Virus record (IMG/VR): IMGVR_UViG_2838114448_000008
Length of the DNA: 20,000 nt
From: an uncultured virus (IMG/VR IMGVR_UViG_2838114448_000008)
Taxonomy: Duplodnaviria > Heunggongvirae > Uroviricota > Caudoviricetes
Reading direction: 5' to 3' (one strand)
Shown here in pieces: positions 8,533 through 17,616 of this stretch. Every line of letters starts with the position of its first letter. Position 1 is the stretch's first letter. The notes under the pieces were generated by a model. That model saw only the letters and a list, made by a program, of their open reading frames with translations. It did not search any database and was not told the origin of the DNA. A program made the translations under genes and the position numbers.

Positions 8533-8560
8533 TCCCCCTCTCGCCGATCCCCCAGTCGTG

Positions 8561-8601
8561 CGCCCGCGTGTCGTCCGGTCCCGAACCGCGCGGGCGTTTT
8601 T
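8561..8601 (+). terminator. Intrinsic terminator-like hairpin after the capsid stop
   Basis: CGCCCGCG (8561-8568) ... CGCGGGCG (8589-8596) followed by TTTTT. Confidence 0.55.
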
Positions 8602-8622
8602 GCCTCCGAAGGAGACCCCGCC

Positions 8623-8865
8623 ATGGCCTTTGCCCCTCAGGATCTGTCGGTGCTCTGTTACGCCAACGGCTTCACGCTCTGGCACTACACCACCGACGAC
8701 ACCGCCGCCGCCGTCACCGGCGCCCGGTATTTCGATCCGGCCGCGCCCTATGTACGCGTCGGCGATGTGATGATCTGCAACACCGATACGGATGGGACGC
8801 CCGGCGCGGCGCTCTACCGCGTGGCGGGCAACGCCGACGGCGCGGTCAGCGTGGCGGCGGTGTAG
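8623..8865 (+). CDS. Small conserved virion-cluster protein (candidate head decoration protein)
   Basis: AAGGAG RBS. 80 aa. 'DLSVLCYANGFTLWHYTT' is an N-terminus I recall from similar alphaproteobacterial clusters. Position right after capsid; function is inferred. Confidence 0.7.
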   Translation: MAFAPQDLSVLCYANGFTLWHYTTDDTAAAVTGARYFDPAAPYVRVGDVMICNTDTDGTPGAALYRVAGNADGAVSVAAV

Positions 8866-8894
8866 GCCCCCCGACCCATTCCGCGCCGCACCAC

Positions 8895-8922
8895 ACCCCG
8901 CCCCTCACCGGGCGGGGTTTCT
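8895..8922 (+). terminator. Intrinsic terminator-like hairpin
   Basis: ACCCCGCCC-ctcacc-GGGCGGGGT followed by TTCT. Confidence 0.6.
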
Positions 8923-8970
8923 GTGTGCGCGTCTCAATCCACGCGCCCGCGCCAGAGGAGGACCCCCGCC

Positions 8971-9540
8971 ATGCCCCTGTCCGCCGTCGCCCTGTGTTCC
9001 CGCGCGCTCATCGCGATCGGCGCCGGCCCGCTCACCAGCCTGGACGACGGCACCGCCGAGGCCCAGGTGGCCGGCGCCCTGTACCCTGGTGTGCGCGACG
9101 CCCTGCTGTCGGCGCACCCCTGGACCTTCGCCACCGCGCAGACCGCCCTGGCGCGGCTGTCGGAGGTGCCGGCGGCCGACTTCGCCCATGCCTACCGGCT
9201 GCCCGGGAACCACCTGCGCACCCTGTCGGCCGGCGCGGGTGGAAGCGGGAGGGGGCTGGTCTACCGTCAGGCCGAGGCGCGGCTGTGGACCGACGCCCCC
9301 GCCGTGACCCTGACCTACATCTTCCGCCCGGACGAAAGCGCCTTTCCCGCGCCCTTCGTCGAGGCCCTGGCGGCGCGGCTGGCCGCCGCGTTCTGCCTGC
9401 CGCTGACCGAAAGCACCAGCCGGGCGCAGCTTCTCCATCAGCTGGCGGAGGATGCGGTGCGCGCCGCCCGCCTGATCGACAGCCAGCAGGACACCCCGCC
9501 CGCGCTCGCCCACTTCCCGCTGGTGGAGGTGCGCGGATGA
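8971..9540 (+). CDS. Tail tubular protein A / head-tail adaptor (T7 gp11-like)
   Basis: GAGGAGG RBS. 189 aa. 'LCSRALIAIGAGPLTSLDD', 'LLSAHPWTFA', 'AYRLP', 'FP..FVEALAARLAA'. Coupled to the next gene by ATGA. Confidence 0.8.
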   Translation: MPLSAVALCSRALIAIGAGPLTSLDDGTAEAQVAGALYPGVRDALLSAHPWTFATAQTALARLSEVPAADFAHAYRLPGNHLRTLSAGAGGSGRGLVYRQAEARLWTDAPAVTLTYIFRPDESAFPAPFVEALAARLAAAFCLPLTESTSRAQLLHQLAEDAVRAARLIDSQQDTPPALAHFPLVEVRG

Positions 9541-11441
9541 CCCGGGTCAACGTCACCCAGACCAACTTCACCGCCGGCGAGCTGTCGCCCGATCTGTATG
9601 GCCGCTCGGACCTGCGCGCCTACGTCAACGGCGCGGCCCGGCTGCGCAACGTGTTCCTGCGCCCGACCGGCGGCGTGGCGCGCCGCGACGGGCTGCGCCA
9701 CCTCGCCACCCTGCCGGGGCGCGCCCGGCTGATCGCGTTCACGTTCAACAGCGAGCAAACCTACCTGCTGGTGTTCACCGACGGCCGCATGGATGTCTAC
9801 CTCGACGGCGTGAAGGCCTTCCACACCGCGACCCCCTGGGACGCCTGGCACCTGCCCGGGCTGTCGTGGACCCAGATGGCCGATACGCTTCTGGTCGTCC
9901 ATCCGGAGACCGCGCCCCGGCGCATCACCCGGGCCTCGCACACAAGCTGGACCATCCGCACCTGGACCTATCCCAACGAGGGCCAACGCTATTTCGAGCC
10001 CTATTACCGCTTCGCCAACCCGCTCATCAGCCTGACCCCCTCGGACGTCGTGGGCGCCATCACGTTGACCGCGTCCTCGCCCGTGTTCGCCCCGGCCCAT
10101 GTGGGCACCCGCCTGCTCCTGCGGGGCAAGCCGGTCTCCATCACCGGCTATACGGCGGCCGACGCGGTCACGGCGACCCTGCACGAGGAGATCGAGAACG
10201 CCTATGCCACCCGCGACTGGGTAGAACAGGCGCTGTCGCCCGTGCACGGCTATGCCCGCAGCGTCACGTTCCACCAGAACCGGCTGGTGATCGGCGGCTC
10301 GCGCGACGTGCCGCATCATCTGTGGATGTCGAAGGTGGGCGACCTGTTCAACTTCGACACCGGCGAGGGGCTGGACGACGAGGCCATCTCCTTCGATCTG
10401 CTGTCGGACCAGCTCAACGCCATCCGCGCCGTGTTCTCGGCCGGGGACCTGGAGGTGTTCACGTCCGGCGCGGAATGGACCATCAGCGGCAGCCCCCTGA
10501 CCCCGGGCGCGCTGACCGCCCGCCGCCAAACCCGGATCGGTACCCTGGGGCCGCACACCGTGCCGCCGCGCCGCGTGGACGGAGCCACCCTGTTCGTGGG
10601 CGCGACCGGGCGCGACCTGCGGGAGTACCTATTCACCGACCTGGAGAACGCCTATCAGGCCGCCGACCTCGCCCTGCTGGCCCGGCACCTGATCCACGAT
10701 CCGGTGGACATGGACTACGACCCGGTGCGGCGGCTGCTGCATCTGGTGCGGTCCGATGGCCGGCTGGCCACGATGACGAACTACCGCGCGGAAAAGGTCA
10801 CCGCCTGGACCCTGCAGGAGACGGACGGCGCCATTCAGGCCGTCGCGGAGGTGGGCGGCGCGGTCTATGTCGCCGTGGAGCGCGCCAACGGGGTGAGCCT
10901 GGAGCGGTTCGACCCGGCCCTGGCCCTGGACGCCGCCCTGCCCGGACAGGCGACGACACCGCGCACCACCTGGAGCGGCCTCGGTAATCTGGAGGGCCGC
11001 ACCGTGCGCGTGCTGGCCGATGGCAACGATGTCGGTTCGGCCGTGGTCGCGGGCGGGGCGATCACCCTGGAGGGCCCCGCCCGCGATGTCGTCGTCGGCC
11101 TGCCCTTCACGCACGAGATCGCCCCGCTTCCCCCGTCAGTGTCCGGCGGGCGCGGCGGCGGCCCGGGCACGTTGGTCCGCCTGATCCGGGCCACGCTGCG
11201 GCTTCAGGACACCGCCGCGCTGTGGCTGGACACCGGCGCCGGCCCCTCGATCCAGCCGTTCCGCGCCTTCGGCGGCGGGCCCGTCCTCGACCAGCCACCC
11301 CGGCCCCTGTCCGGGGACCTGTCCGTCCGCGCGCTCGGCTGGCAACGCGACCCGATGGTGCCCCTGTGGCGGGTGATCCAGGACGCCCCCCTGCCCTGCA
11401 CCGTTCTCAGCGCCACCCTTGAAGTAAAGGTCACCGACTGA
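9537..11441 (+). CDS. Tail tubular protein B / nozzle (T7 gp12 / P22 gp10-like)
   Basis: 634 aa. N-terminus 'QTNFTAGELSP...GRSD...Y.NG...LRN....TGGV.RR.G', plus 'VTFHQNRLVIGGS', 'WMSKVGD.FNF', 'FTSGAEW'. True start is ATG 9537, not the ORF-track 8349. Confidence 0.85.
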   Translation: MTRVNVTQTNFTAGELSPDLYGRSDLRAYVNGAARLRNVFLRPTGGVARRDGLRHLATLPGRARLIAFTFNSEQTYLLVFTDGRMDVYLDGVKAFHTATPWDAWHLPGLSWTQMADTLLVVHPETAPRRITRASHTSWTIRTWTYPNEGQRYFEPYYRFANPLISLTPSDVVGAITLTASSPVFAPAHVGTRLLLRGKPVSITGYTAADAVTATLHEEIENAYATRDWVEQALSPVHGYARSVTFHQNRLVIGGSRDVPHHLWMSKVGDLFNFDTGEGLDDEAISFDLLSDQLNAIRAVFSAGDLEVFTSGAEWTISGSPLTPGALTARRQTRIGTLGPHTVPPRRVDGATLFVGATGRDLREYLFTDLENAYQAADLALLARHLIHDPVDMDYDPVRRLLHLVRSDGRLATMTNYRAEKVTAWTLQETDGAIQAVAEVGGAVYVAVERANGVSLERFDPALALDAALPGQATTPRTTWSGLGNLEGRTVRVLADGNDVGSAVVAGGAITLEGPARDVVVGLPFTHEIAPLPPSVSGGRGGGPGTLVRLIRATLRLQDTAALWLDTGAGPSIQPFRAFGGGPVLDQPPRPLSGDLSVRALGWQRDPMVPLWRVIQDAPLPCTVLSATLEVKVTD

Positions 11442-12172
11442 TGGCTCAGTTCGCCACCGCCTTTGTGCCCTTCGCGCTTCAGGCCGCCACCAGCGCCTGG
11501 CAGCAGTACGAATACTACGACCGGTATCAGCGCCAGCAGCAGGCGCAGGCGGCCGCCGATCAGGCCGGCGCCCAGGCTGCGCGGCAGCAGGCCGAGGCGC
11601 AGGCCACCCGAACCGCCGACAGCGCCACCCAAGCCAACCGCGCCGCCTGGCAGGAGCACGACGCCTGGGCCGCCCAGCGCGACCGCGACAGCGCCGCCGC
11701 CGTCACCGCGCTGAACCGGGATTTTGCCCGCACGGAGTTGGAGCGCGCCGATGCCCTGCGCCGGCAGGCGGCGACCGAACGCGCCCGTTTCGCCGGCATG
11801 GGGTTGGATGCGGCGGCCGGCTCCGCCCGCGCGGTGCTGTCCGGCCTAACGCAGGAGGCCGCGACCCAGACCCGGCGCGACGCCGACACGCTCACCCAGC
11901 GGACGGGCGACCTGAACCGGGACGCCCGCGCCGACATCGCCGCCGGCTGGGACGCGACGGCGCGGGAGACCGCCGACCGCGCACACGCGGCCAACCTCGA
12001 CATCTGGCAGCGTCAGGTAGACCTCGACAGCGCCCTGTATGCGCGCGGGGTGCGTCAGGACGCGTTCGCCCAGCGCGATCTGCTCGACCTGTCGGTCAGC
12101 CACCAGCGCGCCGCACTCGGCCTTGTCGACGCCGGCATCGGTGCAGTCGGGGCCTACGCGCGGCGCCGCTAA
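11441..12172 (+). CDS. Small internal virion (ejection) protein, T7 gp14-like
   Basis: TGATG coupling. Ala/Gln-rich helical protein with the 'RARFAGMGL...GS..AVL' motif typical of this class. Follows tubular B. Confidence 0.6.
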   Translation: MAQFATAFVPFALQAATSAWQQYEYYDRYQRQQQAQAAADQAGAQAARQQAEAQATRTADSATQANRAAWQEHDAWAAQRDRDSAAAVTALNRDFARTELERADALRRQAATERARFAGMGLDAAAGSARAVLSGLTQEAATQTRRDADTLTQRTGDLNRDARADIAAGWDATARETADRAHAANLDIWQRQVDLDSALYARGVRQDAFAQRDLLDLSVSHQRAALGLVDAGIGAVGAYARRR

Positions 12173-12220
12173 GCCGCCGTCACCACCCCCCCCCAGAGGT
12201 TCCCCGGAGGAGTCCCAACC

Positions 12221-13450
12221 ATGACCGCGCCGATCCAGATCGGGGACACGCGCCCCCGCGTCCAGTACGTGGGGGACGGCGCCCAGACCGCGTTTGCCTA
12301 TCCATTTGCGGTGGACGACGCCGACGCCCTCCACGTCTATGTGAACGAGATCCGCATCACCACCGGCTTTGCCGTGGACGGGATCGGCGCGGTGGAAGGC
12401 GGCACCGTCACCTTTGCCGTCCCGCCCGCCGCCGGGAGTCGCGTCACGCTGCTGCGCCAGCTCGGGCTCGGCCGGGTCACCGTGTTCCAGCCCGGCGGGC
12501 CGTTGCGGGCCGAGGCCTTGAACGACGCGCTGGACCACCTGACGGCGGTGGACCAGCAGCTTGATGACGCCATCCGCCGCACGGTCCGGTTGGCGCCGGG
12601 CGCCGCCGAGACCGCCGACCTGACCCTGCCGGAGCCGCAGGCCGGGGCCGTGTTGGGCTGGGACGCCACCGCCACCGGGCTGGTGAACGCGGTGCCCGGT
12701 GGGGTCTCGGCCTTGCCAGCCGACCTGGAGGGGCTGCTGCGCCGACACACCGCGCGCGCCGAGGCCTGGGCGGAAGACGCCGCCGTGTCGGCGTGGCGGG
12801 CCGGCCTGCGCGACGCTGGCAGCGCGGGTGGGATCCAACCGGACGCACCGCTGGTCGCGGCCAGCCTGACCACGACGGGAAACATCACGGTCGGGGGCGC
12901 GCTGACGGTGGAGGGGGCCACGCTGTCGGCCTGGGGCCGCACGCTGCTGACCGCCGAGAATGCGGCGGCGGGGCGCACGGCGCTCGGGCTCGGCCCGGTC
13001 GCGACCGCCGACCGCACCGCCTTCGCCACCGCCCTGCAGGGTACAACCGCCGACACCGCCCTTCAGCCAGGGGATGACGCGACCCTGGGCCTGCTGGACT
13101 ACACCGCCGGCCGGCCCCGGGCGCACACCGCGACGGTCCGCGCCGCGCACACCGTGACCCTGACCGAGGGCGAGATTCAGACCCTCACCCTGACCACCGA
13201 CACCGTCCTGACGCTGCCGGACCCGCCGGCCGGACGCGGGGCGTCGATGCTCCTCGTCCTGATCCAGGACGGCACGGGGGGACGCACGCCCGCGCTCCGG
13301 ACGGCGGACGGCGCTCCGCTGCGCTGGCTCGGCAGGAGCGCCCCGTCCTGGCAGACCGCCGCCGGCGCGTTCGACGTCGTGGCCGTCACGCACGCGGGCG
13401 CCGTGTCGTTCGCGGCCCATATCGGGGCCCATATCGGGGAAAACGCCTGA
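12221..13450 (+). CDS. Tail fibre protein with T7 gp17-like N-terminal attachment domain
   Basis: GGAGGAG RBS. 'YVGDGAQTAFAYPF', 'GGTVTFAVPPAAG..VTLLR', 'F..GG.LRAEALNDALD.LT...QQ', C-terminal 'LVLIQDGTGGRT' module. Confidence 0.8.
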   Translation: MTAPIQIGDTRPRVQYVGDGAQTAFAYPFAVDDADALHVYVNEIRITTGFAVDGIGAVEGGTVTFAVPPAAGSRVTLLRQLGLGRVTVFQPGGPLRAEALNDALDHLTAVDQQLDDAIRRTVRLAPGAAETADLTLPEPQAGAVLGWDATATGLVNAVPGGVSALPADLEGLLRRHTARAEAWAEDAAVSAWRAGLRDAGSAGGIQPDAPLVAASLTTTGNITVGGALTVEGATLSAWGRTLLTAENAAAGRTALGLGPVATADRTAFATALQGTTADTALQPGDDATLGLLDYTAGRPRAHTATVRAAHTVTLTEGEIQTLTLTTDTVLTLPDPPAGRGASMLLVLIQDGTGGRTPALRTADGAPLRWLGRSAPSWQTAAGAFDVVAVTHAGAVSFAAHIGAHIGENA

Positions 13451-14337
13451 TGCCCGGCAACGCCATCCCGCGCACCATCCCCGTGTTCATCCGACCCGCC
13501 AGCGGGGATCGGCTCGATCTGGTCACGGCCGGGGTGATCCAGCCGGCCGCCACGTTCTCGCGGGCCTCCGCGGCGATCCTGTGGGACGGCACCGCGTTCC
13601 GGGCGGTCGATCCCGACGTCCCGCGCGTCGAAGGTGGCGCGCTGGTCATCGAGCGCGCCGCAACCAACAGCGCGTACCACGCGACGGACATAGGGGCGCT
13701 CTCGTCCAGCTCCGCGATCATCACCCCACGCGACGCCTTCGGGGTCGGGGCCTGGGCCACGCTGACCGCCAACGCCGACGGGTCGGCCCTGCTGATCGGC
13801 AGCGCCGACGGCATGACGGTCGGGGAGACCTACACGTTCTCCTGCTACGTCCGCGCGGGGACACGCGACCACATCTTTTTGCAGGGTCGGCAAAGCGGGT
13901 ATCCGAAAACGATCTTCGACCTCGCGGCGGGCGCAATCAGCGCCGAAGCGTCCGAGTACACCAGTGCCATCACACCGCTTGGCAACGCCGTCTTTCGCTG
14001 TTCCATCCGGTTTGTTTCGGACACCGCGGGATCCTACATCGTCGCGCTTGGCTTCACGGCACAGACCGGGGACTCGGTCGACGTTTACGGCCGGCAGCTT
14101 GAGCGCGGGCCCGGCCCCACGTCCCTGATCGCGACCAGCCGCGGGTCCGCGACGCGCGCCGCCGACGTCCTGAGCCACAGGCCCACAACGGCCGGCACCG
14201 TGCACCTGATCGGCACCGCCGCCGACGGCACCGCGTACCCGGCGGACACCCCCGGCACCGCCCCGGTCACCGCCGGCATCCCCTGGACCGCCCCACCCGG
14301 CCGCTGGTCCGACGTGTGGGTCACGCCCGCCGCCTGA
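13450..14337 (+). CDS. Spike/fibre protein with carbohydrate-binding-like module (head spike fibre-like), paralogue 1
   Basis: TGATG coupling. Motifs 'TFSRAS', 'LVIERAATN', 'YTFSCYVRAG', 'QLERG..PTSLIAT...ATRAADVL'. Confidence 0.65.
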   Translation: MPGNAIPRTIPVFIRPASGDRLDLVTAGVIQPAATFSRASAAILWDGTAFRAVDPDVPRVEGGALVIERAATNSAYHATDIGALSSSSAIITPRDAFGVGAWATLTANADGSALLIGSADGMTVGETYTFSCYVRAGTRDHIFLQGRQSGYPKTIFDLAAGAISAEASEYTSAITPLGNAVFRCSIRFVSDTAGSYIVALGFTAQTGDSVDVYGRQLERGPGPTSLIATSRGSATRAADVLSHRPTTAGTVHLIGTAADGTAYPADTPGTAPVTAGIPWTAPPGRWSDVWVTPAA

Positions 14338-14389
14338 CCCGCCTCCCCCCTCCATCCATTCCGTCCTGCTAGTTGCCATGGAGACCGGC

Positions 14390-15601
14390 ATGACCGCCCT
14401 CTATCCTACGGTCCATCTGCTCGCCCGCCCCGACGTCACGCCGTCCGGCCTGACGATCGCCCGAACGTCCCCGGCGACGCGGATGACCGCGTTCGGCCGG
14501 GTGGAGCGCGTTCCGGCGGACACCCTGCGCCACGATTATGATCCGCACACCGGCGCCTATCGGGGTTGGCTGATCGAGGCGGCGCGCCGCAACGCGCTCC
14601 TGTATTCCGAAAGCCTTACCCACGGTCTGTGGATCGCCCGCGCCGCCAGCGTCCGTGTCGCGGATGTCCCGGCCCCGGACGGCCTCAGCGCGGCCTTTAC
14701 GCTGACCGAGACGGCCGGCACCGCCATCCACACTCTGTACCAGGAGGACCGGTCGTTCACCGCCGGGCAGACCTATGCGCTGTCGGTGTTCGCGCGCGCC
14801 AACGGACGGGAACGGCTTCAACTCGTGCTGCCCTCGACCGCGTTCGGCGCGGTCCAATCCGCCGTGTTCGACCTAACGACCGGCACCATCGGCTTTGTCG
14901 AGGGCGCCGCGATCCCCACGCTGGAGGCCCTGGCCGACGGCTGGTACCGCTGCGCCATCACCGCAACCGCCGCCACCACGGTGACTATCGCGCCGGTGCA
15001 TCTGCGACTGCGCGATCCCGGCGGCAGTTCCACCTACGCCGGGGACGGCACCCGCGGCGTCCTGCTGTGGGGCGTCCAGCTTGAGGCCGGGTCGGGCGCC
15101 ACCAGCTACATTGCCACCACATCGGCCCCCGCCGCCCGCGATGCGGATCGGATGAGCCTGCCCCTCGCCGGCCGGGCCATGAACCCGAACGAGGGAACCA
15201 TGCTGGTGCTCGGGACCGTGCCGGCGGGCCAGGGCGCGACCCTGGCGACGCTCCACGACGGCACCAGCGACACGCACCTCGCCCTAACGCGCGCCGCCGA
15301 CGGGACCGCCGGAGGCACGCTCGTGACCGGCGGGGCGACCCGCGCCGCCCTCACCCAGGGCGGTGTGGACGGCGGCGCCGAAATCCGAATCACCGCGGCC
15401 TATGCCCCGGGAGACCTCACCCTGGCGGCGAACGGCAGCGTTCCGGTCACCGATCCCGGCGGCGCGCCCCCGAGCGGCCTGACGACCCTCGGCCTCGGCG
15501 GCACGGCGACCGGTCCGACCGGCGGGCGTGTCTGGGTGCGTCAGGTGGGACTGTTTCCGCGCCGCCTGACCGACATCGACCTTCAGGTCATCACCGCCTG
15601 A
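14390..15601 (+). CDS. Spike/fibre protein with carbohydrate-binding-like module (head spike fibre-like), paralogue 2
   Basis: GGAG before ATG 14390. Motifs 'GWLIEAARRNALLYSE', 'YALSVFARA', 'GWYRCAIT', 'WGVQLEAGSGATSYIATT..PAARDAD'. Lectin-like beta-rich C-terminus. Confidence 0.7.
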   Translation: MTALYPTVHLLARPDVTPSGLTIARTSPATRMTAFGRVERVPADTLRHDYDPHTGAYRGWLIEAARRNALLYSESLTHGLWIARAASVRVADVPAPDGLSAAFTLTETAGTAIHTLYQEDRSFTAGQTYALSVFARANGRERLQLVLPSTAFGAVQSAVFDLTTGTIGFVEGAAIPTLEALADGWYRCAITATAATTVTIAPVHLRLRDPGGSSTYAGDGTRGVLLWGVQLEAGSGATSYIATTSAPAARDADRMSLPLAGRAMNPNEGTMLVLGTVPAGQGATLATLHDGTSDTHLALTRAADGTAGGTLVTGGATRAALTQGGVDGGAEIRITAAYAPGDLTLAANGSVPVTDPGGAPPSGLTTLGLGGTATGPTGGRVWVRQVGLFPRRLTDIDLQVITA

Positions 15602-15641
15602 CGCCGGAGCCCTTCCCCGCGTTCGTTCCGAGAGGATCATC

Positions 15642-15995
15642 ATGACCGCCGCACCCGCGCCCGACACCGTCCCCGATCTGTCCGCCGCGCGCGACCGCCT
15701 GCGCGCGTCCCTGCCCGAGACCCTGCACCGTGCCCTGGATGCCTACGACGCCTTCGCCGCCCGCCCCGTGCCGGAGGACGCCAAAGCGTTCAGCGCCTGG
15801 CAGACCGGCTGCAAGGCCGTGCTGGCCCATATCGAGCTGCTGCTGAAGCTGGCGGGGCGGGTCGGGCTGGACCTGTCCGACGCCGGGGACGACGACCCGC
15901 TGGCCGCGCTCCTGGCCCGCGCCCGGGCCGCCATGGCGGAGGGCGACGGGACGGATGAGGAGAGCGAGGGCGACGAGGACGCCCCGGATGACTGA
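15642..15995 (+). CDS. Small helical protein, candidate terminase small subunit
   Basis: GAGGA RBS. 117 aa with acidic tail. Overlaps the TerL start by 8 nt. Function is inferred from position only. Confidence 0.5.
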   Translation: MTAAPAPDTVPDLSAARDRLRASLPETLHRALDAYDAFAARPVPEDAKAFSAWQTGCKAVLAHIELLLKLAGRVGLDLSDAGDDDPLAALLARARAAMAEGDGTDEESEGDEDAPDD

Positions 15996-17490
15996 TCCGC
16001 GCCTGTCGTTCCCGGAGGTCCTGTGGATCTGGAACCACGTCCAGGGACGCGGCACCCCGGCCCATCACCAGCGCATGGCGCGCTGGCTGGAAGAGCGCTG
16101 GGCGGCGCGCGACCGGGGGTGCCTGCTGATGGCGTTCCGGGGTTCCGGCAAGTCCACCGTGGTCGGGCTGTTCTGCGCCTGGCTGCTGGCGGGGTGGCCG
16201 GACACCCGCATCCTGGTGCTGGCGGCGGAGCAGGGCTTGGCCGCGCGGATGGTGCGCAACGTCAAGCGCATCCTGGAGCGTCATCCCGCCACCCCGGGCC
16301 GCAAGCCCCCGCACCCGGACCAGTGGGCGTCGGATCAGTTCACCATCGTCCGCCCGACCGAAAGCCGCGACCCGTCCATGGTCGCGCGCGGCATCACCGG
16401 CAACATAACCGGCACCCGCGCCGACCTCATCATCTGCGACGACGTGGAGGTGCCGAACACCAGCGACACCGTGACCAAGCGCGCCCATCTGCGGGCGCGC
16501 CTGAGCGAGTTGGATTACGTGCTGACCCCCGGCGGCGTGCAGGTCTACATCGGCACGCCGCACGCCTATCAGTCAATCTATGCCGCCGAGCCCCGGGTGG
16601 AGGCGGGCGAGACCACACCGTTTCTGGACGGCTTCCCGCGCCTGGAGATCCCGCTTCTAAACGCGGCCGGCGCCAGCGCGTGGCCCGGGCGCTTTTCACC
16701 CGCCACCGTCGAGACCATCCGGCGGCGCCAGGGGCCGAACAAGTTCGCCAGCCAAATGCAGTTGCGGCCGGTCAACCTCGCCGACAGCCGCCTCGATCCC
16801 GACCGGCTGCGCGTCTACGACGACGCCCTGAGCTACAGCGAGGCACGTGGGCGGCCGGTGCTGCGCCTGGGGGAGCGGCGACTGGTCTCCGCGTCGTGCT
16901 GGTGGGACCCGGCCCTGGGCGATCCCACGCGCGGCGGCGATGGGTCCGTCTTAGCCGCGCTGTTCACCGCCGAGGACGGAAGCTACTGGCTGCACCGCGT
17001 CGCCTATCTGACCGCCTCGGCCGAGGGCGACGCGCCGGACGACGCCGCCTCCGCCCTGTGCCGTCAGGTGGCCGGAATTCTGGACGCCCTGCACCTGCCC
17101 GCCGTGACGGTGGAGACCAACGGCATCGGCCGCTTCCTGCCGGGCCTGCTGCGCAAGGCCCTGCGCGAGGCCGGCGTGGCGGCGGCGGTGGTCGAGCATG
17201 CCTCCTCCCGCGCCAAGGCCCAGCGCATCGTCGATGCCTTCGACCCCGTGCTGGCGGAGCGCGCGCTGTGGGCGCACCGCTCGGTGTGGGAGAGCCCGTT
17301 CATCGCCGAGATGCGCGAATGGCGCCCCAACGGCGGCGGGCACGACGACGGCCTGGACGCGGTCGCCGGCTGCCTCGCCAGCCAGCCGGTACGGCTGGGG
17401 CACGGCGCGGCGGCCAGAGCGTCCCGGGCGGGCGACTGGCGCCCCGGAGCCGCGTCCGTCACCGCCGCCGAAACGGACTGGCGGCCGTGA
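15988..17490 (+). CDS. terL: Terminase large subunit (T7 gp19-like)
   Basis: Walker A 'LLMAFRGSGKST', 'ITGTRADLIICDDVE' Walker B, 'YIGTPH', nuclease-domain 'WDPA', 'VETNG' and 'HDDGLDAVA'. Confidence 0.92.
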   Translation: MTDPRLSFPEVLWIWNHVQGRGTPAHHQRMARWLEERWAARDRGCLLMAFRGSGKSTVVGLFCAWLLAGWPDTRILVLAAEQGLAARMVRNVKRILERHPATPGRKPPHPDQWASDQFTIVRPTESRDPSMVARGITGNITGTRADLIICDDVEVPNTSDTVTKRAHLRARLSELDYVLTPGGVQVYIGTPHAYQSIYAAEPRVEAGETTPFLDGFPRLEIPLLNAAGASAWPGRFSPATVETIRRRQGPNKFASQMQLRPVNLADSRLDPDRLRVYDDALSYSEARGRPVLRLGERRLVSASCWWDPALGDPTRGGDGSVLAALFTAEDGSYWLHRVAYLTASAEGDAPDDAASALCRQVAGILDALHLPAVTVETNGIGRFLPGLLRKALREAGVAAAVVEHASSRAKAQRIVDAFDPVLAERALWAHRSVWESPFIAEMREWRPNGGGHDDGLDAVAGCLASQPVRLGHGAAARASRAGDWRPGAASVTAAETDWRP

Positions 17491-17517
17491 GTTCGGGATG
17501 CGCTCAAGGGGTTATTT

Positions 17518-17545
17518 TTGCGTGTCGGCGACGCGCTGTTATACT
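17518..17545 (+). promoter_or_regulatory. Sigma70-like promoter of repeat unit 1 (TTGCGT-N16-TATACT, extended TG)
   Basis: Same elements and same spacing are conserved in unit 2 (18781-18808). Confidence 0.55.
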
Positions 17546-17616
17546 GAAACGTCGTCGGATTGACGCGGTCCTGGTTCGGTCCATCGAAACCGACGATCCT
17601 AAGGGAGTGCCAGCGG

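Noticed and set aside
8349..9536. ORF-track 1030-aa protein starting at 8349
   Set aside because: The N-terminal ~396 codons are an Arg/Pro/Gly-rich shadow frame over the capsid fragment, small gene and tubular A. The real gene starts at the coupled ATG 9537.
13415..13438. 12-bp tandem duplication GCCCATATCGGG x2 at the tail-fibre 3' end
   Set aside because: In-frame (AHIG AHIG) and preserves coupling to the next gene; most likely a neutral slippage event.
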